Part shown: positions 45,478-55,276 of the stretch, in pieces
How positions within the stretch are numbered: the stretch's first letter is position 1
Layout: each line of letters begins with the position of its first letter
DNA from: a virus
Lineage: Duplodnaviria; Caudoviricetes
IMG/VR virus record: IMGVR_UViG_3300037308_000440
Span: 22,415-86,414 of that record
Reading direction: 5' to 3' (one strand)
Length of the DNA: 64,000 nucleotides
Position numbers and translations under genes: made by a program
The notes under the pieces: generated by a model
What the model saw: the letters and a program-made list of their open reading frames with translations, nothing else
Told to the model about the DNA's origin: nothing
Database searches by the model: none

Positions 45478-45819
45478 GTGAATTGGAAATTTTGGAAATC
45501 AAATAGGGTTAAGAATATAGTAGAAAAAGTATTAAAAAACAATATGGAAGATAAATTTCCTTGTAGATCAGATAATTGTTTAGTTAGAGCAGCTTGTACA
45601 AAACCATGTGACAAATTAATGATGGACCCAAAACTATTAAGAGATTTTGTTGAAGAAAACAAATGTTGCCCTGATTGTGGATCACAAGAATTTTATGAAG
45701 GACCATGTGGTGGATTATCACAAAATGTAAAATGTGCAGGATGTGGTCATTGGTTCAATTTTGCTCTACCTGTATTTGTTGAAAGAATACATATATCTAA
45801 AGAGAGGTTTTACGAGTGA
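45478..45819 (+). CDS. Cys-rich zinc-ribbon protein
   Basis: PCRSDNCLVRAACTKPC; CPDCG..CAGCG. Confidence 0.75.
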   Translation: MNWKFWKSNRVKNIVEKVLKNNMEDKFPCRSDNCLVRAACTKPCDKLMMDPKLLRDFVEENKCCPDCGSQEFYEGPCGGLSQNVKCAGCGHWFNFALPVFVERIHISKERFYE

Positions 45820-46499
45820 TTGAATATTGCTTATGTGGGTGTGGAAACTTAGTTAAAAAAGAAGGTAATAAATATCTACACGGTCATAATCATAAAAATA
45901 AAACATATGAAGAAATTTATGGTAAAGATTCTGAAAGTAAAAAAGAAAGTCGTAGAGTTGCAATTATTGGGACTATAAGACCTGATATGATTGGTGAAAA
46001 AAATATTGCAAAAAGAGAAGAAGTTAGAATGAAAATAAAAGATAAAGTTAAAAAAAGCTGGATAAATAATGAAGAAAGAAGAATTAAGTCTGGTAATATT
46101 TTAAAAAATCTTAATATGATAATTACTAAAGAAGAAATAAAAAATAGAACATCTAAAGCTCTAAAAAGTAGACAAGATAGAGGATTTTGTTTGAGAGATG
46201 AAGAATTAGAGGATTTTTCATTATATAAAAGAAAAGTTAGACAATTCACTATTAGATCAATTAAAGAAAAATATTTATTAGAAGATTTAAAAAATATAGG
46301 AAGGAATAAAAAGTTAAATTGTATAGATCATATTTTTAGTATTCAAAATGGATTTAAATGTGGTGTTTTGCCTTCTATTATTGGGTCTAAATCTAATATA
46401 AGAATAATGAATTTTTCTGATAATTGTAAAAAACATTCTACATGTGAAATAGAGCTACAAGAATTATTTAAAAAATATGATATGGAGAAATGTTTATGA
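45816..46499 (+). CDS. putative free-standing HNH-type homing endonuclease
   Basis: N-terminal CLCGCG..GHN; C-terminal IDHIFS..NIRIM..NCKKH; directly upstream of primase. Confidence 0.6.
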   Translation: MIEYCLCGCGNLVKKEGNKYLHGHNHKNKTYEEIYGKDSESKKESRRVAIIGTIRPDMIGEKNIAKREEVRMKIKDKVKKSWINNEERRIKSGNILKNLNMIITKEEIKNRTSKALKSRQDRGFCLRDEELEDFSLYKRKVRQFTIRSIKEKYLLEDLKNIGRNKKLNCIDHIFSIQNGFKCGVLPSIIGSKSNIRIMNFSDNCKKHSTCEIELQELFKKYDMEKCL

Positions 46500-47479
46500 T
46501 AGGAATTTATCAAGATTCTTTTCTAACATATTTAGATAATTATGGATTACACCCAAAAGTTACTAGTAAAAATATCGTGGTGATGTGCCCTTGGTGTGAA
46601 TACCAACAAAATAAAGACCACTATCATATGTATATTTCTTTAGATGCTCCTATTTTTCATTGCTTTCATGCTGAGTGTGAAGCTAAGGGAGTATTATCAA
46701 AACTCTTAAAAAGATTAGAAGGAAAAGATATATCAGAAGTATTTGTTGATAAGGAAACATTAAAAAATTTAAAAAATAAACGTGAAGTATTTTCAGATAA
46801 AGAAAAAGGACTTAACGTAGTTCTTCCAAAACTTGAACCAAAAAAGTTTATGTTGAAAGATTTATATGTTAGAAAGAGATTTAAATTTGCACCAATTGAG
46901 ATTACAACTGTAAAAGGTTTGGTATATGATATAAATGAGTTTATAGAAATCAATAATATTGATGTAGATGAAAAATTATTTAGAATGAAAGAATATCTAC
47001 AATCTAGTTTTGTTGGGTTTTTAACTGAAAACAAATCAACTCTAATATGTAGAAATATTGACGATACTCAAGAGTTTAGATATTATAAGATGAAAATAAA
47101 TGAGAATAATTTTCTTGATTATTATAGATTAAGTGGTGGGAATCCAACTTCCAAAAAAATTGTTCTTGCAGAGGGAATATTCGATATTTTTTCGGAACAC
47201 ATATATGATTCATTAAACATCAAACAAAATATAAAATTGTATGCATCTGCTCTTTCATCAAAATATGAAGCTTTAATTAAAAGCATAGTTTTTCATGAAC
47301 AAGTTTTTAGACCAGAAATAATTATATTGTCAGACAAAGGAATTACCAAAGAATATTACCAAAAGTTAAACAAGTATAATGATCATATAATTGATAAAAT
47401 AGTTGTTTATTATAATAAGTCAGGAAAAGACTTTAATGATTTTCCTGTTACACCAGTACAGTGGTTTAGCGTGAGGTAA
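46490..47479 (+). CDS. DNA primase (T4 gp61-like)
   Basis: CPWC..H..CFHAEC Zn finger; TOPRIM LAEGIFD, LSD, KDFND. Confidence 0.85.
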   Translation: MFMIGIYQDSFLTYLDNYGLHPKVTSKNIVVMCPWCEYQQNKDHYHMYISLDAPIFHCFHAECEAKGVLSKLLKRLEGKDISEVFVDKETLKNLKNKREVFSDKEKGLNVVLPKLEPKKFMLKDLYVRKRFKFAPIEITTVKGLVYDINEFIEINNIDVDEKLFRMKEYLQSSFVGFLTENKSTLICRNIDDTQEFRYYKMKINENNFLDYYRLSGGNPTSKKIVLAEGIFDIFSEHIYDSLNIKQNIKLYASALSSKYEALIKSIVFHEQVFRPEIIILSDKGITKEYYQKLNKYNDHIIDKIVVYYNKSGKDFNDFPVTPVQWFSVR

Positions 47480-47482
47480 AAA

Positions 47483-47941
47483 ATGGAAGATAAGCAAATG
47501 AGCAGATTGAAAGAGTTAATTGATAATTCTATCGAAATGGGCATTAAGGTAGATATTAATATTGATAATATTGAATATTATAATCTATTCTGTAAAGCTG
47601 CAGCAAAGAATAATTTATTTAAACTATTTGGGAATAATATTTGTCTATTTAATACTACATATCAAGGAAAGGATGCATTAGCAACATTATTTTCAATCCC
47701 TATAAATTCAGAGGAATCTGGAGCAAAGGGAGTAGCTGAAAGAGTTATGGAAGTTGTTGAAGCGTTAGAATCATGTTTTGTAACTCTTGATTATGTTAAA
47801 TCAGAAGAAGTAAAAGAAGATAAATTTGTATATGTAACAATTATCAAAAATATTGAAGGAGAAACAAATGAGACAAAAGAAAGTAAAGCTCCTAAAGAAA
47901 AATCTAACAAGAGGAAACCTAGAGCTACTAACAAGAATTAG
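47483..47941 (+). CDS. hypothetical protein
   Basis: 152-aa ORF. Confidence 0.7.
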   Translation: MEDKQMSRLKELIDNSIEMGIKVDINIDNIEYYNLFCKAAAKNNLFKLFGNNICLFNTTYQGKDALATLFSIPINSEESGAKGVAERVMEVVEALESCFVTLDYVKSEEVKEDKFVYVTIIKNIEGETNETKESKAPKEKSNKRKPRATNKN

Positions 47942-48101
47942 AAATATTTATGGTCCTGAAACAGAAAATATTAAATCATTTAAAGGATTGGCAAGAGTAG
48001 CAAAAAGATTTTATAAGCAAGGATTACTTAAAGGATATATTCAAAAAAATCCTCAAATTCCAAAACAACCAACAGAAGGAAAGGAGAATGTGAATGAGTA
48101 G
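47853..48101 (+). CDS. hypothetical protein
   Basis: GAAGGAG RBS; 82 aa. Confidence 0.6.
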   Translation: MKEKQMRQKKVKLLKKNLTRGNLELLTRIRNIYGPETENIKSFKGLARVAKRFYKQGLLKGYIQKNPQIPKQPTEGKENVNE

Positions 48102-48855
48102 TACAGTAGTTTTAGAAGTTGAACAGTATAATGATTTAATGAGATGTTTGACAAACTTGAAGGATGTTTGTAATGATGTTGATATTAGAAATGGTATTGT
48201 TAGACAAAGAAGTAATGATAAAACATCAGTGTTTGAGTTGGATCTAACATCTATTTTAAATGAGTCAACATTTGCAATTTCAGATTTAAAGAAAAAACTT
48301 GATCTATTAAAAACATTTACAGGTCAAAAAGTAACTATTCAAATCACTGATGGTGATAGTGAAAGCAATGGATTTTTTACATTTACAGATCAATATTCTA
48401 CTATTAAATTTTTGGCTCCTGCACCGCAGTTTATTGATAATAAATTTATGGTAGAATCTGAAGTAAGTAGTATTTTTTCATTGAGTGATAATGATTTGAT
48501 TCTTGATCATAGTCTACCTAAATTGATTACAGATAGAATTAGAATTACAGTATTAACATTTAATACCAATGCAATTCAAGTTAATTTTGGTGGGGAGACA
48601 GCGAACATTACAGCAGCAACTCAAGCAAAAGACCAGTTTGCTAAGTTTGTTGATGGAATTGTAACAAACATTATTTTAAGTAATTGTTCAGCTAATCTAT
48701 CAGTAGTCCCGTTTGGTTTGGATCATGATGAAAATATTGTTTTTAAAATGTATAGGGTTGAAGGTCAGCCTATTACATTGAATAAATTTACTACAATGAT
48801 TAAGGACGTTAGTATTGGTATTTATACTAGATCATCTATTTTACAAGATGAATAA
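48094..48855 (+). CDS. putative sliding clamp (gp45/PCNA-like)
   Basis: About 250 aa, two repeated alpha/beta halves, replication-operon context with clamp loader. Confidence 0.5.
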   Translation: MSSTVVLEVEQYNDLMRCLTNLKDVCNDVDIRNGIVRQRSNDKTSVFELDLTSILNESTFAISDLKKKLDLLKTFTGQKVTIQITDGDSESNGFFTFTDQYSTIKFLAPAPQFIDNKFMVESEVSSIFSLSDNDLILDHSLPKLITDRIRITVLTFNTNAIQVNFGGETANITAATQAKDQFAKFVDGIVTNIILSNCSANLSVVPFGLDHDENIVFKMYRVEGQPITLNKFTTMIKDVSIGIYTRSSILQDE

Positions 48856-49982
48856 TGCATCCATCTAGCTTACTGTCTTACTATCCTACATACGCAATCC
48901 TGGACGAGATAGTTTCTTATAAGAATTATAAGGAACTAACTATCTTTGTTGACTTGAAAAATGTTCTACAGTCTACATATATGGAACATGCTATAGTAAA
49001 TATAGTCGAGTCAACAAAGAAGTCCGGGGTTGTTGACACATCAATTTTTTCGTCCTTAATCTCATTTTTATCATTTCATAAGATCTATGGAATCAAACGG
49101 GGAGTTAACACCAAATTTATTATATTTTTTGAATCTGGTCAATCATACTATCATAAAAATATTAGTAAAACATATAAGATATCTAGAGCTATAGATGACT
49201 TGTATGGGTTAGATAAAGTTGATCGTGATTTATTTTTTTCGGTTTTACAATCAAATTTTCAGCTAATTGAAAAAGCTTGTAATAAAATTCCTAATTTGAG
49301 TGTAATACGTCTATCTAATATGGAAGCTGACTTTGTTCCATATTATCTATTAACTAGAATTTTTGAGAAAGAATCTGATAAAGCATATGTTATTTATTCT
49401 AATGATCACGATATGTGGCAAACTTTAGATGATGATGTATATGTGTTTTCAAAATCTGCTAAAAATAAGAAGATAGTTAAAAGTGGGAAGATAATTTCTC
49501 AACTATTAAAAATAGATACTGATATTGAAGATAAATATTTTCCTTTAGTTATGAGTGTAATAGGAGATTCTGGTGATGATGTTACTGGAGTTAAAAATAT
49601 CGGGGGAAAAAGACTAGTTGAATGTTTCTCGCAATTACTTGCTTTAACTGGAGATATGGATACTATTTATCAAAATGTCTATTCAAATAAAGATATTTTC
49701 ACATCTATTCCACCTACTATTCAGAACAAACATTTGAAGATGATAGTAGATTCTGAATTACAGAATAAAACTATATCAAAAAATCTCAAGTTAGTTTCAT
49801 TTGAGTTATTGAGTAGATTTTTAGAAAATCCTAAAACTACTGAAACACTTGAACGTAGAAATGAAATGATGAAAATATTATCAGAAGAAAAGAAAATAGC
49901 TTCTCCTGAAGCAATGAAAAAAGCTTTAGAGATGAATAAAGTTTTTCTGGATGAAGCATCAATTGACTTTCTTTATTTATGA
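48855..49982 (+). CDS. 5'-3' exonuclease/flap nuclease (T4 RNase H / PolA 5' domain-like)
   Basis: FVDLKN, MEADFV, SNDHDMWQ, IGDSGDDVTGVKNIGGK. Confidence 0.88.
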   Translation: MHPSSLLSYYPTYAILDEIVSYKNYKELTIFVDLKNVLQSTYMEHAIVNIVESTKKSGVVDTSIFSSLISFLSFHKIYGIKRGVNTKFIIFFESGQSYYHKNISKTYKISRAIDDLYGLDKVDRDLFFSVLQSNFQLIEKACNKIPNLSVIRLSNMEADFVPYYLLTRIFEKESDKAYVIYSNDHDMWQTLDDDVYVFSKSAKNKKIVKSGKIISQLLKIDTDIEDKYFPLVMSVIGDSGDDVTGVKNIGGKRLVECFSQLLALTGDMDTIYQNVYSNKDIFTSIPPTIQNKHLKMIVDSELQNKTISKNLKLVSFELLSRFLENPKTTETLERRNEMMKILSEEKKIASPEAMKKALEMNKVFLDEASIDFLYL

Positions 49983-49992
49983 GGAAATATAA

Positions 49993-50712
49993 ATGCTAAA
50001 TGATGACTATGTATTAGACTACGTTAAAAGAAATTTAGGATTCCCATTTATGCATTTGGAATGGAAAGATGAAGAAATCCTTGAATACATTAAGAAATTT
50101 ACAATCAGGGAATTCTCATATTATCAACCAGATGTAAAAACAATGCCTATTAATTTTCAAAATGTAGCTAATAAAGTTCCTGGTAGAACAAATGAGTATT
50201 ATTTATTTGAACCCGAAGGAAGAGAAATACTAGGAATTAAAGATATTTATTTTGATCAAAGTGATTATTATGCTATGGGGCACCCACCTATTGGAGTATT
50301 CTCACATTTTGAACTAAGAGAATATGCACTACAAGTAACTAAAGCAATGGAAACTAAACTTTTTTCAGTATTTGATAAAACATTTGAATTTAAACATCCA
50401 AATATAGTCAGAGTTTCTCCTGTTCCTGTAAACTCAAAATTTGCATCAGTAGAATATGAAAGGATGCAGTGTGATGATTTTAGTGAGATCTCAAATGATA
50501 TAGGAGAAACATTTTTGGAATTGTGTTTGGCTGACATTATGATTGCGTTAGGGCGTATCCGTAAGCGTTATGGAGGAGGAAATCTAAGAACTCCATTTGG
50601 GGAAATTCCATTAGAGTCAGATATTCATGAAGAAGGAAAAGAAAAAAAGAGAGAGATTAAAGATTTACTTGAGAGAACATTCATTCCTAATCTACGTATG
50701 GATCACGGTTAA
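49993..50712 (+). CDS. putative neck/head-completion protein (T4 gp13-like)
   Basis: DYVKRNLGFP..LE..; ALGRIRKRY..TPFG..EGKE. Confidence 0.5.
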   Translation: MLNDDYVLDYVKRNLGFPFMHLEWKDEEILEYIKKFTIREFSYYQPDVKTMPINFQNVANKVPGRTNEYYLFEPEGREILGIKDIYFDQSDYYAMGHPPIGVFSHFELREYALQVTKAMETKLFSVFDKTFEFKHPNIVRVSPVPVNSKFASVEYERMQCDDFSEISNDIGETFLELCLADIMIALGRIRKRYGGGNLRTPFGEIPLESDIHEEGKEKKREIKDLLERTFIPNLRMDHG

Positions 50713-50727
50713 ACGAAAGGATTAAAT

Positions 50728-51210
50728 ATGATAGCATGTGAAAAATGTACATTTTTTGTTGGTGTTGACCCATCTTATAATGGAACAGCAGTTATTGTTT
50801 TAGATCAAGAAGCAAAAATAATTGAACAGAAATTGTTTGCTTCTGAGGGTGAAAGTGTAGAAGAAAAACTTTGGTATATTAATAAAGAACTATCTTTCAT
50901 CCCAAAAATAGTTGGATTAAAAAGAGTATATCTAGAGGCTCCTTCTTATTCAAGTGATGGGTCATATGTACTACAAATGGGCGCTTTACATTTTATGATT
51001 CGCATGATGTTTTATAGAAAGAGATTGAAATATGAGATTATAGCTCCAAACACTTTAAAAAAATATGTATGTGGAGCTGGTCAAGGTAATGCTAAAAAAG
51101 AATTAATGCTTTTAAATGTTTATAAAAAATGGGGTATGGAATTTAAAAATAATAACTTAGCTGATGCATATGGCCTAGCACGTATGGCGCATGAGGGATT
51201 TAAAAAATGA
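50728..51210 (+). CDS. RuvC-like Holliday junction resolvase
   Basis: GVDPS, VYLEAP, PNTLKKYVCG..GNAKKE, NLADAYGLA. Confidence 0.9.
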   Translation: MIACEKCTFFVGVDPSYNGTAVIVLDQEAKIIEQKLFASEGESVEEKLWYINKELSFIPKIVGLKRVYLEAPSYSSDGSYVLQMGALHFMIRMMFYRKRLKYEIIAPNTLKKYVCGAGQGNAKKELMLLNVYKKWGMEFKNNNLADAYGLARMAHEGFKK

Positions 51211-51389
51211 AACTATGGTTATTAGAACAAGATATTCTTCAAACACAAGGATCTACAAAAATTTCTACTGGTGATAATCTATCTTGTAAATCATGTGGTA
51301 GAACAGTTAATGTAAAAGAAGCTGGTAAAGGCCCTCTTGTTTGCTGTGGTCAACCAATGGAAGTTATGAGTCTTATCAGTGAGGAATAA
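51207..51389 (+). CDS. desulforedoxin (desulfoferrodoxin N-terminal Fe(Cys)4) domain protein
   Basis: CKSCGRTVNVKEAGKGPLVCCGQPM; N-terminal MKLWLLEQ tag. Confidence 0.85.
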   Translation: MKLWLLEQDILQTQGSTKISTGDNLSCKSCGRTVNVKEAGKGPLVCCGQPMEVMSLISEE

Positions 51390-51391
51390 AT

Positions 51392-51934
51392 ATGATTAAT
51401 CTATACTTATTAGAAATTCAGGAACCAGAATTAGCACAAGAGTTGAGAGAAGGAATTTTTAGTAAAGTTGATAATTATAGAAAATGCCTTAGTATTAAAG
51501 AACATATTAGTCATTTAGAAGATGTAATTAGAAATCTAACTAGAGAATTAAAAAATGGTTTGAGCTCTAGTTATAAAAAAGAATTAGATGAACATAAAAA
51601 GGAATTAGTTAGAGTAAAACTAAAATATAAACAACTATGTGAAAAACCAAAACAAGTTTCTGAAGCTGGATTTGAATCTAAACCAAAAGGGTGGACTGAT
51701 AAAAGTATTCAAAAAGCTGGAAAGACTTTAGCTAAACATGTAGGAAAAAAATCTCCATCTGATAAAGGATTCTTTGATAAGTGTGTAGCTAAAATCGGTA
51801 ATAAAATGAAAAACCCAGAAGGTTACTGTGCATCATTAAAAGATGAAGCACATAAAAGTACTGGATGGAGAGGAAAAGGTAAGACTCCAGCAGAAGTTAA
51901 AGTTGATGTTAAAAAAGAGAAATTTAAAGTATGA
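51392..51934 (+). CDS. putative capsid-internal protein
   Basis: INLYLLEIQE tag; GFFDKCV..GYCASLKD..TGWRG domain. Confidence 0.6.
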   Translation: MINLYLLEIQEPELAQELREGIFSKVDNYRKCLSIKEHISHLEDVIRNLTRELKNGLSSSYKKELDEHKKELVRVKLKYKQLCEKPKQVSEAGFESKPKGWTDKSIQKAGKTLAKHVGKKSPSDKGFFDKCVAKIGNKMKNPEGYCASLKDEAHKSTGWRGKGKTPAEVKVDVKKEKFKV

Positions 51935-52617
51935 TTATTTATAAAGCTACAAATATTATAAATAATAAATCTTATATTGGGCAGACACACTTTTCATTAG
52001 AACAAAGAAAAAGATCGCATATAAATGAAGGTAGAAACGATAATCTTTATTTTCATAATGCTTTAAAAAAATATGGTTATGAAAAATTTAACTGGAGTAT
52101 TATAGAATCTTGTGAAAATAAAGAAGAATTAGACGAAATGGAATTTCATTATATCAAACAATATAATACTATTTCTCCTAATGGATATAATTTGACTTAT
52201 GGTGGGGAAGGTTCTCATGGTAGAAAATTAAGTAATGAAACCAAGGAAAAAATAAGGAAGTCTTTAAAGGGAAAAAATAGAAGCAAAGAATCAATTGAAA
52301 AACAAAGTAAAACACAATTGGGAAGAATCCCGTGGAATAAAGGATTAAATAAAGAATCTAATATTAGTTTAATGGTTATTTCTGAGAAAACTAAATATAA
52401 TTATAACAGTGGAAAAACCAAATGTAATTTACCAAATAGAAAAGGAGTTAAATTTACTGAAGAACATAAACAAAAAATTAGACTTAGTCAAATTGGAGAG
52501 AATAATAGTTTTTATGGTAGAAAACACGACCAAGAAACAATAAAAAATACGATGAGCCATTTTGGTGAAGATAATCCTGCTAGCAAAAATTATAATGGAA
52601 AATTTAAAAATGTTTAA
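51931..52617 (+). mobile_element. GIY-YIG homing endonuclease (Seg/I-TevI-like) with NUMOD3 repeats
   Basis: IIYKATNIINNKSYIGQT, GYNLTYGGEG, SNETKEKI, PWNKG, FYGRKH. Confidence 0.9.
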
Positions 52618-52626
52618 TGGAGTTAT

Positions 52627-53127
52627 ATGAAAAAAATAGATAAAATACTTTCGTTAATTCAAGAACGTGAGTGGGACGAGCCAGATCATTGGAATGATTT
52701 TACTAATGTTGCAAACTTAAAAGCAACTATGCGCGATCTATCCATTGATACTGAAGAAATGAATACAGATAGAAATAAAATGCAACCAACTACATTGGGT
52801 CTTGATCTTCCTCGTGGTGGAGATTATAAAGGAAGACAAACAATGAGAAACACTACACCAGAAAATGAAACAGGTTGGGATTATGTAGCTTCTTATCTTC
52901 CTAAAAATTTTGGTAAAAAATTAAGATGGTCTTTAGATGTAAAACGAGATTTTGGTTGGGATGAAAGTCCTGATAATGAACTTAAAACTGGCCCTGATGA
53001 TACTCCTAAAATTGGAAAAGGAAATATTAGTCAAGGGGATGATGGTGGTGCTGGTGGTGGTTTAGGATCTGGTGGTATTGGCACTGGCGGAACAGGAATT
53101 GGGGGTGGTCCAGGCGGAGGAGAATAA
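52627..53127 (+). CDS. putative capsid-internal protein, Gly-rich tail (paralog of 53892)
   Basis: IQEREWDE..GDYKGR..GGGE. Confidence 0.65.
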   Translation: MKKIDKILSLIQEREWDEPDHWNDFTNVANLKATMRDLSIDTEEMNTDRNKMQPTTLGLDLPRGGDYKGRQTMRNTTPENETGWDYVASYLPKNFGKKLRWSLDVKRDFGWDESPDNELKTGPDDTPKIGKGNISQGDDGGAGGGLGSGGIGTGGTGIGGGPGGGE

Positions 53128-53130
53128 GTT

Positions 53131-53592
53131 ATGACAGATAAAGTTACAGACCTTATTGAAACAATAACAGAAAATAATAGAAGCCCAATAACATTCCAAC
53201 AAATGTTTAAATCAATGTGGGGAGTATTATCCATGTTGATTTCATTTATTGCCGTAATGGTTGTAGTCACAACATGGGTTTTCAATACATTCCCAACTCA
53301 TGATGATTTAAATATTAAATATATTTCTAAATCTGAATATTGGCCAAAACATTCTGAGTTAAAAGTAGAATTAGATAAATTTAGAAAACAAGTTGAAACT
53401 GATATTAGAAAAATGAGACTGGAATATAGAGTTGAAAGGATGCATGATTTAGGGCAGCAACTAAAAATAGTTGATGATAAACTAAGAGACCATCCAGAAG
53501 ATCCTGCTCTTAAAAGTTATAGGGAAACAATCTGGAAAGAATATAATAGGATTAGAAATAAAATTGACGATGGAGTAAAAGAAATTGAATAA
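53131..53592 (+). CDS. membrane protein with coiled coil
   Basis: WGVLSMLISFIAVMVVVTTWVF TM helix. Confidence 0.75.
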   Translation: MTDKVTDLIETITENNRSPITFQQMFKSMWGVLSMLISFIAVMVVVTTWVFNTFPTHDDLNIKYISKSEYWPKHSELKVELDKFRKQVETDIRKMRLEYRVERMHDLGQQLKIVDDKLRDHPEDPALKSYRETIWKEYNRIRNKIDDGVKEIE

Positions 53593-53890
53593 AAATTGTC
53601 CTCCTGGTAAAAAGTGGTGACCAATTAGACATAAATGCGTACCGTTGGTGCGTAAGAGGAAAATAGTTATGGATATTTTAGATATTAGTTTAAAAGGGAT
53701 TCAAGAGTGTGATACGGATGAAAGACCAAATTTAATTGACCATTGTTTAGGAATTGAGTGCCCAAAAAAGAGAATGATTTGTTTGAATCTAATAAAGAAA
53801 CTAAACGGAGATAACCCTCAATATCAAAATATTGTTGATAGATATATTGACGATATAACAGGTAATTACGAAAATTCCGGAGAAATTTAA
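53585..53890 (+). CDS. candidate selenoprotein: MNKNCPPGKKW(U)PIRHKC.. with in-frame TGA at 53618-20; minimal ORF 53645/53669..53890
   Basis: GGAG RBS 9 nt before TTG 53585; TGA sits in a C-x6-[C]-x5-C knuckle; SECIS-like hairpin 53636-53654. Confidence 0.55.
53636..53654 (+). promoter_or_regulatory. bacterial SECIS-like hairpin
   Basis: TGCGTACC-GTT-GGTGCGTA, 8 bp with 2 GU pairs; loop G at +24 from UGA. Confidence 0.5.
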
Positions 53891-53891
53891 A

Positions 53892-54296
53892 ATGTTATTA
53901 GATCGATATCTTTATTATGTTCAAGAGCGTCAATGGGATGAAGAAACAGAGAACCCTGATACGTTTGACCCAGAAAATTATAAAAAAGTATTTGGAGACT
54001 TAATTGGATTAGGACCATTAGAGAAAACTAGACATGCATTACAACCTTCAATGTATAATATTTATTTAAAGAACTCATTAGGAGATTATAAAGGCAGACC
54101 CGATTCTATAAATAATCAAACAGTTAGAAATATTGGCATTAAAGATTTTGAAGAGGATAAAGAAAGAATTACAAAATTATCAAAACAACTAAATAAAAAA
54201 CATTTATACCCTGATTTAGAAGATGAAGGAGACCCTAATTCTGGCGATGTTGAAGAAGATGATGGGGATGGAGGTGATGGAGGCGGCGGTGAATGA
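53892..54296 (+). CDS. putative capsid-internal protein (paralog of 52627)
   Basis: LDRYLYYVQERQWDE..GDYKGR..GGGGE. Confidence 0.65.
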   Translation: MLLDRYLYYVQERQWDEETENPDTFDPENYKKVFGDLIGLGPLEKTRHALQPSMYNIYLKNSLGDYKGRPDSINNQTVRNIGIKDFEEDKERITKLSKQLNKKHLYPDLEDEGDPNSGDVEEDDGDGGDGGGGE

Positions 54297-54850
54297 GGAA
54301 AAAACCTTACCTTCAAGGAGCTCTAGATAGTCTTTGTGCTGTTTATGCAATTGTTAATTCTGCAAAAATAATAGCAGAAACAACTGAAGAAGAAGATATA
54401 AAATTATTTAATGATATTTTATTTTACTTACAAGAAAAAGATTTATTAGCTAAATCTTTAACTGACGGAATAACTATTGGTTTAGTTGGAAGTATTCTCA
54501 AGGATGTTGCAATAGAAAAAATTCCTGATAGATATATGCCATTTAAACAAAAACCAAGTATTCATTTAGATGATTTCTGGGATGAAATTACAGACTTTTT
54601 AAAAGAAAAAAATCGAGCTGTACTTATGGCCATAAATGGTTACTCATGGGATCATTGGTCAGTTGTTAGTAATATAAATGAAAATCAGATTTTCTTTTTT
54701 GATTCAAGAAAATTAAGAAGTTTTTTAAGATCGAGATGTACCACAATAAAAGCAACAAAAAATAGACCACATTTATTATGCGCTACGCATACATACTTTT
54801 TATCTAAAGAATGTAAAAATAATAGTATTGAGGAGTATAGTAATGAATAA
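54293..54850 (+). CDS. C39-like papain-fold cysteine peptidase
   Basis: LQGALDSLCAVYAIVN (Q..C), DHWSVV (H), FFDS (D). Confidence 0.7.
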   Translation: MRKKPYLQGALDSLCAVYAIVNSAKIIAETTEEEDIKLFNDILFYLQEKDLLAKSLTDGITIGLVGSILKDVAIEKIPDRYMPFKQKPSIHLDDFWDEITDFLKEKNRAVLMAINGYSWDHWSVVSNINENQIFFFDSRKLRSFLRSRCTTIKATKNRPHLLCATHTYFLSKECKNNSIEEYSNE

Positions 54851-55265
54851 CTTAAATAATTATCTTTACGAAATACAAAAAAGAAAAAAATCAAAGCGTA
54901 AAAGTAAAACTATGAAGGCTATAGGAAATATAGCAGGAGCAGCATTAGATATTGCTTCAACATATTATAATATAAAATCACTTTATAAAACTATTGATGA
55001 TTCTAAGTTAAAATTTAGAAATACTTATATGAATTATCGTAATGATTGTAAGAGAAAATATAATACTGGTAACGATTATAGATTTTTATCGTTATGCTTA
55101 TTAAGAGCAGAAATTCATGCTTATGTAGCCCAAATAGATTATCTAACTAGTCAAACTTATCTATGTTTTGGTAATGCTGATTGTAAAAGAATTCTAAATA
55201 CAGAAATAGAACGACTTGAAAATAAGAAAAGAGATGCTAGAGAACAATTAGAAAGGAGATTATAA
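54843..55265 (+). CDS. putative virion protein, TM + 4-Cys family
   Basis: LNNYLYEIQK tag; C-x15-C-x22-C-x5-C. Confidence 0.6.
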   Translation: MNNLNNYLYEIQKRKKSKRKSKTMKAIGNIAGAALDIASTYYNIKSLYKTIDDSKLKFRNTYMNYRNDCKRKYNTGNDYRFLSLCLLRAEIHAYVAQIDYLTSQTYLCFGNADCKRILNTEIERLENKKRDAREQLERRL

Positions 55266-55276
55266 TTGGAGATATT

